Notes under the pieces: model-generated
Database searches by the model: none
Told to the model about the DNA's origin: nothing
Seen by the model: only the letters and a program-made list of their open reading frames with translations
DNA from: an uncultured virus (IMG/VR IMGVR_UViG_3300042863_000355)
Lineage: Duplodnaviria > Heunggongvirae > Uroviricota > Caudoviricetes
Length of the DNA stretch: 64,000 nt
IMG/VR virus record: IMGVR_UViG_3300042863_000355
Direction: 5' to 3' (one strand)
Shown: piece by piece, positions 49,603 to 59,077 of the stretch
Layout: every line of letters begins with the position of its first letter
Position numbering within the stretch: the stretch's first letter is position 1
Translations under genes and position numbers: made by a program

Positions 49603-51066
49603 ATGAAAACAGCTACAATTATAATTAAAGACGAAGTCAATATTAAGATTGAAGGGCTTGATCTTGACGCTCGTAAAAAGCTAGTCAATACCTTTAAGTA
49701 TGATGTACCTGGCGCAAGGTATCAGCCAGCAGTTAGATTAGGCAGATGGGATGGAAAAGTTGCTTACTTTCAACTAGGTGGTAGCACATATACTAATTTA
49801 CTTCCTGAAATTATTCCAATATTAGATAATTTTAACTACGACATACAGCTTGATGATCAAAGAGATTATTCAACTAACTTTACGTTTGAGCAAGTAACTG
49901 AAAATACGTTTGCCCATATTAATTGGGCAGAAGGGCATCCTATGGAAGGACAGCCTATTAAATTGCGTGATTATCAAGTTGAAATTATCAACAACTTTTT
50001 AGAAAATCCACAATCAATACAAGAAATTGCTACAGGTGCTGGCAAAACTATTATGACAGCAGCACTAAGTCAGCGATGCGAAGCACATGGCAGAACTATT
50101 GTAATTGTACCAAACAAATCACTGGTCACTCAAACTGAAAAAGACTATAAAGGGCTAGGCTTAGATGTAGGGGTATACTTTGGTGATAGAAAAGATATAG
50201 GCAAAACACATACTATCTGTACATGGCAAAGTCTAAATATCCTAATGAAAAATAGTAAAGATGATGTAGTAGCATGGACTACTATGGGTGCATTCTTACA
50301 AGATGTTGTATGCGTAATGGTCGATGAAGTTCATATGGCCAAAGCTGATGCACTTAAAACATTACTGACTACAATAATGAGTCGTGTACCAATTAGATGG
50401 GGATTAACTGGAACTGTTCCTAAGGAACCATTTGAATTTCAAGCATTGAAATGTAGCTTAGGCCCGGTGATTAATCAACTATCTGCGAGTGAATTACAGA
50501 ATCGAGGGGTACTAGCACAATGTCATGTAAATATTGTACAACTGGTTGACCACGCAGAATTTAGTAACTATCAAAGTGAGTTGAAATTTTTATTAGAAGA
50601 TAGCAAACGTCTAGAAACTGTGGCTAAACTTGTCACACAAGTAAATTTAACAGGCAATACATTGGTACTAGTAGATCGTGTGGCCCCAGGTCATGCTCTT
50701 GTAGAATTGCTAGGTGATCGTGCGGTATTTGTTAGCGGTGCAACTAAAGGAACTAAAAGAGATGAAGAATATAATGAAGTGGCAACTAGTACGGATAAAA
50801 TTATCGTGGCAACTTACGGCGTTGCCGCTGTTGGAATCAATATTCCTCGTATCTTTAATCTGGTCCTTATCGAGCCTGGCAAATCTTTTGTTAGGGTAAT
50901 ACAAAGTATAGGCCGTGGCATTAGAAAAGCTGAAGATAAAGATCATGTGCAAATATGGGATGTAACATCAACTTGTAAATTTGCTAAACGACATTTAACC
51001 AAGCGTAAGGTATTTTACAAAGACGCAAACTATCCTTTTACACAAGAGAAACTGGAATGGAAGTGA
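49603..51066 (+). CDS. uvsW: SF2 helicase UvsW
   Basis: WDGK, LRDYQ, ATGAGKT, DEVH, GLTGT, QSIGRGIR. Confidence 0.95.
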   Translation: MKTATIIIKDEVNIKIEGLDLDARKKLVNTFKYDVPGARYQPAVRLGRWDGKVAYFQLGGSTYTNLLPEIIPILDNFNYDIQLDDQRDYSTNFTFEQVTENTFAHINWAEGHPMEGQPIKLRDYQVEIINNFLENPQSIQEIATGAGKTIMTAALSQRCEAHGRTIVIVPNKSLVTQTEKDYKGLGLDVGVYFGDRKDIGKTHTICTWQSLNILMKNSKDDVVAWTTMGAFLQDVVCVMVDEVHMAKADALKTLLTTIMSRVPIRWGLTGTVPKEPFEFQALKCSLGPVINQLSASELQNRGVLAQCHVNIVQLVDHAEFSNYQSELKFLLEDSKRLETVAKLVTQVNLTGNTLVLVDRVAPGHALVELLGDRAVFVSGATKGTKRDEEYNEVATSTDKIIVATYGVAAVGINIPRIFNLVLIEPGKSFVRVIQSIGRGIRKAEDKDHVQIWDVTSTCKFAKRHLTKRKVFYKDANYPFTQEKLEWK

Positions 51067-51071
51067 TGCGG

Positions 51072-51100
51072 TTGCTCTATACAATTTTACAAAGTATAAT
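51072..51100 (+). promoter_or_regulatory. Sigma70-type promoter
   Basis: TTGCTC-17 nt-TATAAT, 6 nt before ATG 51107. Confidence 0.65.
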
Positions 51101-51106
51101 AACAAT

Positions 51107-51607
51107 ATGAAAATATTAACCCTTGACAATGAACCTTACGACTTAGATCATTTACCCGAAGAAATAGATGATATGCGTTTTGCTATTTTAGATAATTCCA
51201 ATCCGCAAGACCCTGACTATCATTATATTCCTTTGATCTTCTTAGAAAGCTTCAATAGCCCGGCATTGGTATTGCAAATAGGCGAATATAAAATACGTAT
51301 GCCAGTTGATTGGCAACTGTTAATTGGTGATCCGGATGCAGGTGATTTAGAAGTTATTCCATTATCAGCTCTTAATGACAGAGGATTTCAAGCATTTCAA
51401 TTTAATCCATTAACTAGTTTTAGGCCAAGTTTTTTGAATGTTGAAATCTTAGACGTATATCAAGATGTAGCATGGTATGCTCCGAAACTTAAAAATGGAC
51501 AATTGTTGTGTGTTCCAATAAGTGAAGGAGAGAAGCCTGAGTGTGTTTATTTTGTCAAAGACATTAGTCGCACTTGTGAAATAGTTAACTATGGAAAATC
51601 GTTTTAA
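51107..51607 (+). CDS. Hypothetical all-beta protein
   Basis: 166-aa ORF with its own promoter; see findings for possible Hint-like fold. Confidence 0.65.
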   Translation: MKILTLDNEPYDLDHLPEEIDDMRFAILDNSNPQDPDYHYIPLIFLESFNSPALVLQIGEYKIRMPVDWQLLIGDPDAGDLEVIPLSALNDRGFQAFQFNPLTSFRPSFLNVEILDVYQDVAWYAPKLKNGQLLCVPISEGEKPECVYFVKDISRTCEIVNYGKSF

Positions 51608-51608
51608 C

Positions 51609-51842
51609 ATGGCAAAAATTACAGCAAATAAAACTAAGGATCAATATAATCCAGGTGATGATCCAATCACTCCCAATAGAATGGCAGTTAAGGAAAAGAT
51701 GGTTGTTGATTTAGAAAGTATGGTTAAGAATCTTCAAGCAGCAAATGATGCTAATGCAAAAATTATTGACAAAATGCGTCGAGATATTACGCGTCTTAAA
51801 GATCAAATCAGTGAACTAGCAGGAAAAATTACTCGTGGATAA
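51609..51842 (+). CDS. Small coiled-coil hypothetical protein
   Basis: Start revised to MAKIT directly after the upstream stop. Confidence 0.5.
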   Translation: MAKITANKTKDQYNPGDDPITPNRMAVKEKMVVDLESMVKNLQAANDANAKIIDKMRRDITRLKDQISELAGKITRG

Positions 51843-52275
51843 ACTTAGTATTGCCAATGAAATGGCATGTTTTGATCGTAAGGATCGTGATTTTTATGAC
51901 GAACTTACAGATGAAGAACGTAAAAAATTCAGTAATTATCTAATGATACGCTGGGGAAGTAGTGTAAATGGAAGCAAAGAAATGCAAGAATATTATCTAA
52001 TTGCCACTAACGAGCGATTAAATAAACACTTCTTTGACATAAGTAAGCATCCTAAATTACAATGGCTATGTGCAACTACAGTAAGCCCAGGTATGGGTGT
52101 ACAGCGTCATAATTGGATTTCTACTAAAAAGAAAGAAGCTGGAGCTAACAGTATTAGGAAACAATTAGGTGAATTGTTTCCTCATTTAGAAGATGATTCG
52201 CTTGACTTAATGGCGAAACTTAATACTCAAAAAGATATCAATGCATATTTGAAAAAACTAGGTCGAGATAAGTGA
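51835..52275 (+). CDS. Clamp-loader small subunit-like (T4 gp62-like)
   Basis: FSNYLMIRWGS...N...N...HPKLQW...WI..KK pattern and size resemble gp62; GTG start with AGGA RBS. Confidence 0.5.
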   Translation: MDKLSIANEMACFDRKDRDFYDELTDEERKKFSNYLMIRWGSSVNGSKEMQEYYLIATNERLNKHFFDISKHPKLQWLCATTVSPGMGVQRHNWISTKKKEAGANSIRKQLGELFPHLEDDSLDLMAKLNTQKDINAYLKKLGRDK

Positions 52276-52946
52276 GTTATATTTGTCAGTATTGTAAAAA
52301 GTCTTTTGTAAAAGAGTCTAGTCTAACTGTACATTCGTGTGAGCCAAGACGTAGACGGCAAGAAAAAGATGAAGCAGGTGTGCGTGTGGGATTCCATGCG
52401 TACTTAAAATTTTACGAATTGACACAAGGATCAGCTAAATTAAAAACGTACGACAATTTTTGCGAAAGCCCATACTATAAAGCCTTTGTAAAATTCGGAA
52501 GATATTGTGTAAACACACGAGTTATCAATCCATCGAGATTTACAGAATGGGTACTAAAACAAAACAAAAAATTAGACTACTGGTGTAGTGATAAATTATA
52601 TGAAGAATATCTTTTATTTTATCTCAAAGTAGAAACAATGGAAGATGCACTCGCTAGATCTATTGAACATGCAATGTGTTGGAGCGAAGAAAAAAATTCT
52701 CCTTCGCATGATTACTTGCGTTACGGTAATCATAATTCAATAACACAGGCTATAGTATCGGGACGCATTAGTCCATGGGTATTATATAATTCTGAATCAG
52801 GGCAAAGGTTTTTATCAGTAATGAATACTGAGCATCAAGCTATGGTATGGCCATACATTGATCCAGATGTATGGAATAAAAAGTTAAAAGAAGATCCAGC
52901 TAATCGTATAGAAGCACAAGAATTACTTAAAAAGGCAGGTTGGTAA
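52272..52946 (+). CDS. Hypothetical protein with N-terminal Zn finger
   Basis: YICQYCKKSF...L..HSC motif; GRISPW. Confidence 0.6.
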   Translation: MSYICQYCKKSFVKESSLTVHSCEPRRRRQEKDEAGVRVGFHAYLKFYELTQGSAKLKTYDNFCESPYYKAFVKFGRYCVNTRVINPSRFTEWVLKQNKKLDYWCSDKLYEEYLLFYLKVETMEDALARSIEHAMCWSEEKNSPSHDYLRYGNHNSITQAIVSGRISPWVLYNSESGQRFLSVMNTEHQAMVWPYIDPDVWNKKLKEDPANRIEAQELLKKAGW

Positions 52947-53536
52947 TGTCAGCAGATATTGACTTAGACCTAGCAGATAGAAATCAAGTTTTACAACTTA
53001 TCAAGTCTACTTCAGCTAGGCAACATCAACAAGGACAAGTACGTAGGCACAATTCTGGAGTATACGTAACTGATATACCTTATGATCCAGTTAACCAATG
53101 TGCTGCAATAGATTACGAACTTGCTGAAAAGCGTGGATATTTTAAGATTGATTTATTGAACATGTCGGTATATCAGCTGATTAAATCACAAGATCACTAT
53201 GACGCATTATTAGCCAAAGAGCCGCCGTGGCAACGTCTATGGACTGATCCAGAATGGACAAAACAAGTAGTACATATTGGGAATTATACTGATTTGATAG
53301 CAAGAATGAAACCTGATAGTATTACTAGAATGGCAGCATTTATAGCAATCATACGTCCTGGCAAAGCACATTTGCAACATTGTACTTGGTCAGAAATATT
53401 TCAATCAGTATGGGACGGTGATGACAGTAGAGGGTTTGTATTCAAGCATAGCCATTCTATCGGCTATGCTATGCTAGTGGCACTACATATGAATTTACTA
53501 GATGAGATTAGTCAGGCATCCGGCGAACAAGAGTAA
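52946..53536 (+). CDS. Minimal DNA polymerase III alpha (DnaE)-like protein
   Basis: ADIDLD, RHNSGVYV, GYFKIDLLN, AIIRPG, FKHSHSIGYA in the order of the DnaE motifs. Confidence 0.8.
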   Translation: MSADIDLDLADRNQVLQLIKSTSARQHQQGQVRRHNSGVYVTDIPYDPVNQCAAIDYELAEKRGYFKIDLLNMSVYQLIKSQDHYDALLAKEPPWQRLWTDPEWTKQVVHIGNYTDLIARMKPDSITRMAAFIAIIRPGKAHLQHCTWSEIFQSVWDGDDSRGFVFKHSHSIGYAMLVALHMNLLDEISQASGEQE

Positions 53537-53888
53537 TAGATTTTCTTTTGCTCTTTTTACGAGCTAGTTCAGCTAAACTACATATAGGGCCATGCAAGAT
53601 TTCAAGATCTTTATTGGCAAAAGTACGAATGTAGATACGGAAAGGTTCCCATTCTTTTTTGAGAAATATGTTGATAGGGATCGATCGATTACTTTCCCAC
53701 CACCATACATTGGCTAGTTCTAAAAATAGCTGTTTAGCTTCTAAGTTGACAATACTACCAAAGTCATAAATGGTAGTGATAGCATCATCTCGATTCTGTA
53801 TTATTCCAACATATTCTTGTGAAGAATAAACACATAGCGTTATAAACGGATATTTTTCGTTTAATTTTTCGAAGATTTCTTTATTCAT
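53508..53888 (-). CDS. Hypothetical protein
   Basis: 126-aa ORF, WWWESNRSIPINIF, basic C-terminus; TAAATA on minus strand at 53913-53918. Confidence 0.65.
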   Translation of the reverse strand: MNKEIFEKLNEKYPFITLCVYSSQEYVGIIQNRDDAITTIYDFGSIVNLEAKQLFLELANVWWWESNRSIPINIFLKKEWEPFRIYIRTFANKDLEILHGPICSLAELARKKSKRKSITLVRRMPD

Positions 53889-53955
53889 TGAATGGTAGTT
53901 TTCATATATGGATATTTATGTTCCAAAATCAAGTTGTTAAAAATCGCTAAATAGT

Positions 53956-55107
53956 ATGATGTATTCAACCACAGCTTACCTTTTTCAGCAACGAACACAA
54001 GTACTATTGCTTGACAGCAGTGGTCAATACTTTACTATGAGGTACAATCCCGTGTACGCCAAACGCTTAACCCTTAATCTTGGAGTAGATAATGTACTCT
54101 TATTTTCATTTGTTAATCAGGACGAAAAGCCTGTTAACGTAAATGGATGTACTTTTACGTTCCGAGTTACTAACACAGCCGGTACAACTTTGTTGCTACA
54201 AGAGCCAATGACTATTCTTAATGCAGCTACTGGACAAGTTAAAGTGTCTATTCCAGCCGAGCATACGCTAGAGTTAATTGCTCAGCCAGCCAATTATTCA
54301 ATCAGTGTACAAAGCGGTAACTTAAATCAAGCAGTATTTACTAACGCACAATCCGGAGCACGGGCTCCTATTGATCTCGTTAACTCAGTTTTTCCAAGAT
54401 TTATACCTTCAATGCCATGTACTATCCCAACAATCAGTTTAACTTCGCAAGCATCATTAGATGGTAGTCAATTCCAAAACTTTCCGGGCTGGGCGGGCAA
54501 TTGGTATTATGGCGGCAATGGAAGTAACTTTTTTAACAACTATGAGAATACAGAATTTTACTCAAGTTTCATTGAGCCACGCAACTATGTAACTACAATT
54601 CAGTTAGATTTGATTGGATATACCGGCACAATTAAAGCTCAATGGGCACAGAATTATCAAAGTATCTGGTACAATGTTACTGAATCTACTACATATCTAA
54701 ACAAAACTGGTACTATCTATATGAATGTTATGGGATGGTATCCATTATTGCGTTTATGTTTTAATAATAGTATCTTTGCTACTCCTAATCCACCTGGCTA
54801 TCCTGCTTCAGCTTACGCTATTTGTACAGATGGAGTAGTAACAGGAATGAATGTTCAAAACGGCGGAGCTGGATACTTAGCACCACCTAAAGTTGATATT
54901 TTAGGCAATGGATCCGGGGCTGTAGTAGAATCAATAATAAATGAATATGGTGTTGTTACTGGATTTAATATTTTAAACGGCGGCGCAGGTTATTGGCCTA
55001 TTCCAGCTGGTGGAATTAATCCCGCTGCATATCCTGTTCCTCCTGCTAGTCAAGGCGCATTTCCGGTTATATCAACTGGATATGCAACTAACATACTGTA
55101 CCGTTAA
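53956..55107 (+). CDS. Virion structural protein (baseplate upper protein/Ig-like N-terminus); start may be 53959
   Basis: GVDN.LLF.F.NQDEKPV...TF...G.VKV N-terminus; NGGAGY..PP.V.I.G.GSGA repeat; late promoter. Confidence 0.55.
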   Translation: MMYSTTAYLFQQRTQVLLLDSSGQYFTMRYNPVYAKRLTLNLGVDNVLLFSFVNQDEKPVNVNGCTFTFRVTNTAGTTLLLQEPMTILNAATGQVKVSIPAEHTLELIAQPANYSISVQSGNLNQAVFTNAQSGARAPIDLVNSVFPRFIPSMPCTIPTISLTSQASLDGSQFQNFPGWAGNWYYGGNGSNFFNNYENTEFYSSFIEPRNYVTTIQLDLIGYTGTIKAQWAQNYQSIWYNVTESTTYLNKTGTIYMNVMGWYPLLRLCFNNSIFATPNPPGYPASAYAICTDGVVTGMNVQNGGAGYLAPPKVDILGNGSGAVVESIINEYGVVTGFNILNGGAGYWPIPAGGINPAAYPVPPASQGAFPVISTGYATNILYR

Positions 55108-55109
55108 AG

Positions 55110-55139
55110 TTGATTTAGCATATTAACGTCTGCTATACT
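55110..55139 (+). promoter_or_regulatory. Sigma70-type promoter (extended -10)
   Basis: TTGATT-18 nt-TATACT with TG at the extended position, 5 nt before ATG. Confidence 0.6.
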
Positions 55140-55144
55140 ATAGC

Positions 55145-56137
55145 ATGATTGACATAATCTCTTACTTGCCTGCGAAAAGAAAACATACCAGTTCAGGTTG
55201 GATTTCTTTTAACGCACCTTGTTGTATACACAATGGTGATAGCCAAGATAAAAGGATGCGGGGCGGAATAAAATCTAATAATGACGAATGGAGTTACCAT
55301 TGTTTTAACTGTGGGTATACTGCTAGTTTCATATTGGGTCGTAATCTTAGTATAAAAGCTCGCAACTTATTAACATGGCTTAATGTGCCGCAAGAAGAAA
55401 TTGAGCGTATTAACTTAGAAAGTATGCGGCATAGATCTATGGATGGTATGTTGTATGATCGTGAGAAGAGACAGGTAGCAGACCAATTAGCGGGAGTAAG
55501 ATTTAAGGAATTTCCTCTTCCGAAAGACTCTGTTTTACTTGATGAAGATGAACATCCTATGCAGTTTGCTTACTTGCTATCGCGCAATGCTCCTACAGAC
55601 TATCCCTATATGATTAGAGCATCAGACGGAGTTCATTGGACTCGACCACACATTATGATTCCATTCACTTATGATAATGTGATAGTGGGCAGTACAACAA
55701 GATTCTTAGATGGAAAACAACCAGTATGGATCAATGATTTTCAGCCCGGATATGTATTTGGTACTGATTTACAAAAGCATAATTGGCAATATGTAATAGT
55801 AACTGAAGGTATATTTGATGCACTAAGTATTAATGGATTGGCATTGATGCACAATACAGTAAACGACAAACAAGCTAAATTAATAAGAAATATAGGCAAA
55901 GAAATAATAGTAGTACCTGACCAAGACAAAGCTGGACTAGAATTGATAGACCGCGCTGTAGAATTAAGATGGGCTGTTAGTATTCCCATTTGGCCAGAAG
56001 GCATCAAGGATGTAAATGATGCTGTGTGTAAACTAGGTAAAGTAGCAACGTTACTTACTATATTACAGGCCAAAGAAACTAGCAAGATTAAAATTGAAAT
56101 AGGGAAGCAACGACTTGTTAAACGATTACGGAATTGA
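55145..56137 (+). CDS. DNA primase (T4 gp61-like)
   Basis: Zn motif PCC...YHCFNCG; TOPRIM VTEGIFDA, PDQDKAG, KDVND. Confidence 0.9.
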   Translation: MIDIISYLPAKRKHTSSGWISFNAPCCIHNGDSQDKRMRGGIKSNNDEWSYHCFNCGYTASFILGRNLSIKARNLLTWLNVPQEEIERINLESMRHRSMDGMLYDREKRQVADQLAGVRFKEFPLPKDSVLLDEDEHPMQFAYLLSRNAPTDYPYMIRASDGVHWTRPHIMIPFTYDNVIVGSTTRFLDGKQPVWINDFQPGYVFGTDLQKHNWQYVIVTEGIFDALSINGLALMHNTVNDKQAKLIRNIGKEIIVVPDQDKAGLELIDRAVELRWAVSIPIWPEGIKDVNDAVCKLGKVATLLTILQAKETSKIKIEIGKQRLVKRLRN

Positions 56138-57518
56138 AACACAAAGATTATTTTTAGAAATGATGTTACAGGATGCTGAATCTTTTGTTCGTATACAAAA
56201 TATTTATAATCCAGAAAATTTTGATCGTAGTATTAGACCAGCAGCAGAATTTATTAAAACTCATTACCAGGATCACAGTACTATACCTATTTTAGCACAG
56301 GTATCAGCTACAACTGGCATAAAACTAAGTGAAATTCCTGACTTACCAGATGGCAGTTTATCATGGTTCATGGAGGAATTTGAGAAATTTACTCAACGCC
56401 AAGAACTTGAGCGAGCTATTCTTAAGTCAGCTGACTTATTAGAAAAGGGTGAGTTTGGGCCTGTTGAAAAATTAATTAAAGATGCTGTTCAGATCAGTCT
56501 TCAAAAAGACATGGGAACTGATTACTTTGCAAGCCCTAAAGATAGAAACGACAAATACTTTAATAGCGGCGGGCAAGTAAGTACTGGCTGGCCTAGCTTA
56601 GATAGAATTTTATACGGTGGATTTAGCCGCGGCGAATTGAATATTTTTGCCGGTGGATCAGGTTCGGGCAAGTCATTAGTTATGATGAATATCGCCATCA
56701 GTTGGCTAGAACAAGGACTAAGTGGTGCTTATATCAGTTTAGAACTTAGTGAAGAACTAGTTGGATTAAGAACTGATGCCATGCTATCTGGTATGTCAAC
56801 TAAAGATATTAGAAAAGACTTAGATACATCAGAATTAAAAGTTAAGATGTTTAGCAAAAAAGCAGGACAGTATCGTGTTAAAGGATTACCTGCACAGAGT
56901 AATGTTAATGATATCAGGGCATATTTGAAGGAAGTTCAAGTACAAACAGGTATCAAAATTGACTTTGTTATGGTTGATTACTTAGATTTGTTAATGCCTG
57001 TGTCAGCAAAAGTTAGTCCCAATGATTTATTTGTTAAAGACAAATATGTATCTGAGGAATTACGTAACTTAGCCAAGGAACTTAACATATTATTTGTCAC
57101 TGCAAGTCAGTTAAATCGTTCGGCAGTGGAAGAAATAGCATTTGATCACAGTCATATTTCAGGTGGTATTAGTAAGATTAATACAGCAGATAACGTATTT
57201 GGTATTTTTACAAGCCGTGCTATGAAAGAACGTGGGCGTTATCAAATTCAATGTATGAAAACTCGAACAAGTACTGGTAATGGGCAAAACGTTGAATTAG
57301 AATATAATGTAGAAACTATGCGTATTACTGATTTACCTGAAGAATCATCTCCTGTAAGTTCATTTAAACGTCCCAATGTGTATGATAGCATTAAACCGCA
57401 AAGTAAGGTAATTAGTAATGAAACAGTAGATCCGGAAACTGGGGAAGTGAGTAAAATCACAGCAGAAGTGCAAAGTAGTAAATTAAAATCCATGTTGGCT
57501 CAAATTAAAGGCAGCTAG
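56115..57518 (+). CDS. Replicative DnaB-like helicase (T4 gp41-like)
   Basis: STGW..LD..LYGG, GGSGSGKS, SLEL, VDYLDL, TASQLNR, KTR. Confidence 0.95.
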   Translation: MLNDYGIETQRLFLEMMLQDAESFVRIQNIYNPENFDRSIRPAAEFIKTHYQDHSTIPILAQVSATTGIKLSEIPDLPDGSLSWFMEEFEKFTQRQELERAILKSADLLEKGEFGPVEKLIKDAVQISLQKDMGTDYFASPKDRNDKYFNSGGQVSTGWPSLDRILYGGFSRGELNIFAGGSGSGKSLVMMNIAISWLEQGLSGAYISLELSEELVGLRTDAMLSGMSTKDIRKDLDTSELKVKMFSKKAGQYRVKGLPAQSNVNDIRAYLKEVQVQTGIKIDFVMVDYLDLLMPVSAKVSPNDLFVKDKYVSEELRNLAKELNILFVTASQLNRSAVEEIAFDHSHISGGISKINTADNVFGIFTSRAMKERGRYQIQCMKTRTSTGNGQNVELEYNVETMRITDLPEESSPVSSFKRPNVYDSIKPQSKVISNETVDPETGEVSKITAEVQSSKLKSMLAQIKGS

Positions 57519-57571
57519 TTTGAAACTTTATATTCGATATTGTAATAAATAATAAAAAGGTTCTAACTAAA

Positions 57572-57820
57572 ATGCAAAAGAAAACCCGGAGTTTGTTGGA
57601 AGAATTAGATTCTATGTACATTGAGCATGATCAACGTCATGTAATTGAGAATCGTGCCAACAATATAATCTCCTCAGCAATTCGTTTATTAGAACAAATA
57701 GATGAGACATACACTCCTGAGCAAGCAGAAAACCTTACCCGTAAGTTAATTAATGCGATTAAGTTGCGAGATCCTGATAAATTTACACGCACAGTAAGGA
57801 AAACAGATGCAAATTCATGA
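57572..57820 (+). CDS. Hypothetical protein
   Basis: 82-aa helical ORF after TAAATA (57546). Confidence 0.6.
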   Translation: MQKKTRSLLEELDSMYIEHDQRHVIENRANNIISSAIRLLEQIDETYTPEQAENLTRKLINAIKLRDPDKFTRTVRKTDANS

Positions 57821-59075
57821 ATTAACTAAAGGCCCACAGCGTACAGACGAAGGAATTCTTGATGGGATAAAAGGTGCTGTTAAACAAGCTGCCACTTCAG
57901 TATATAAAAACAAAATTCAAGCCCCAATCAAAAACAAAATAAATTCTGTTGGGCAAGGAATTAAAAGAGCTGGCCAGGAATATACCGGAACTAAAATGGC
58001 AGCAGATGCCAATGGTCCGAATAATCCGTTTTTGACTAAAATGGCCGGAATTAAAAATGCTTATAATAACTGGGGTGACCAAGCCCAAGCAAATCAACAG
58101 AATAAAACACAGGATAAAATAAACAAAGATGCTGAGAAATCAGCCGCAATATTGGCTAGAAAAGGTTATAATGTCAACGGACAAAATCAAAACCAATCGT
58201 TAACTCCAGCTAAAGCAGGTACTCCTTCTAATATAAAAGCGCAGGCACAAGCCATGTCGCAATTGAAAAGTAACTTTATAAACACATTTGTAGGTCCGCA
58301 ACAGGGTAATAATACACCTACACCGACTACTATGGCCAATGCACCTGCTAGTGTAACAAACAAAGCTAATCCTAATAATCCTAATTTTAAAGGTGTTCCT
58401 CCTGTTGCTAATACTATGGCAAATGCGCCAGTTGGTAAAACGAATACAGCAAAGCCTGGTAATCCTAATGTAACAACACCTCCGCCGGCGGCTACTAATA
58501 TGGCAAGTGCGCCAGTAAGCAAAACGAATACAGCAAAGCCTGGTAATCCTAATTTACCAGCACCAACCCCAAAGCGCACAGGTGGAAGAGCAGCAGGGGC
58601 ACCATTAAGTCAAACACCTAATGCTATTAGAAAACGTGCTGCAAGACTAAAAGAAGACGGTGAATTTCTTACTGAGCTTAAATCTATACAAGATTTTCCT
58701 GCATGGATTGATTCACAAATTCCTGGATTAGCAAGTGCAAAACAAGATCCGGCTATAAAAGCAAAGTTAGATCAAGCATTTTCTGCATTATCTGCCGCAA
58801 AAAATAATCCCGATGCATTATCAAAGGCATTTGATAATTATGTGGCAATAGCTAATCAAGCAATGACTCAAAGTGGGCAACAAGATACACAACAAGGTAC
58901 ACACCAAGTTACATCATCTTCTGGGGTTCCTCCGTCGCAACAAGATAGAATGAATGCAAATTTAACTAAGTTAATCCCGCCAGATACTGCTAAACAATTA
59001 CAACAACAAATACGTAGAAAGGAATTGACCCCGGACGCATTGATACATTATCTTGAAAATCCAACCGGGTATTAA
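57807..59075 (+). CDS. Low-complexity Pro/Asn/Gln-rich probable virion protein
   Basis: MQIHEL N-terminus, three MA(N/S)AP...TN.A.P.NPN repeats, basic KRTGGR segment. Confidence 0.55.
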   Translation: MQIHELTKGPQRTDEGILDGIKGAVKQAATSVYKNKIQAPIKNKINSVGQGIKRAGQEYTGTKMAADANGPNNPFLTKMAGIKNAYNNWGDQAQANQQNKTQDKINKDAEKSAAILARKGYNVNGQNQNQSLTPAKAGTPSNIKAQAQAMSQLKSNFINTFVGPQQGNNTPTPTTMANAPASVTNKANPNNPNFKGVPPVANTMANAPVGKTNTAKPGNPNVTTPPPAATNMASAPVSKTNTAKPGNPNLPAPTPKRTGGRAAGAPLSQTPNAIRKRAARLKEDGEFLTELKSIQDFPAWIDSQIPGLASAKQDPAIKAKLDQAFSALSAAKNNPDALSKAFDNYVAIANQAMTQSGQQDTQQGTHQVTSSSGVPPSQQDRMNANLTKLIPPDTAKQLQQQIRRKELTPDALIHYLENPTGY

Positions 59076-59077
59076 TC

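Noticed and set aside
41852..57518. Inteins or introns in terminase, UvsX, UvsW, primase or helicase
   Set aside because: All have ordinary lengths and contiguous motifs
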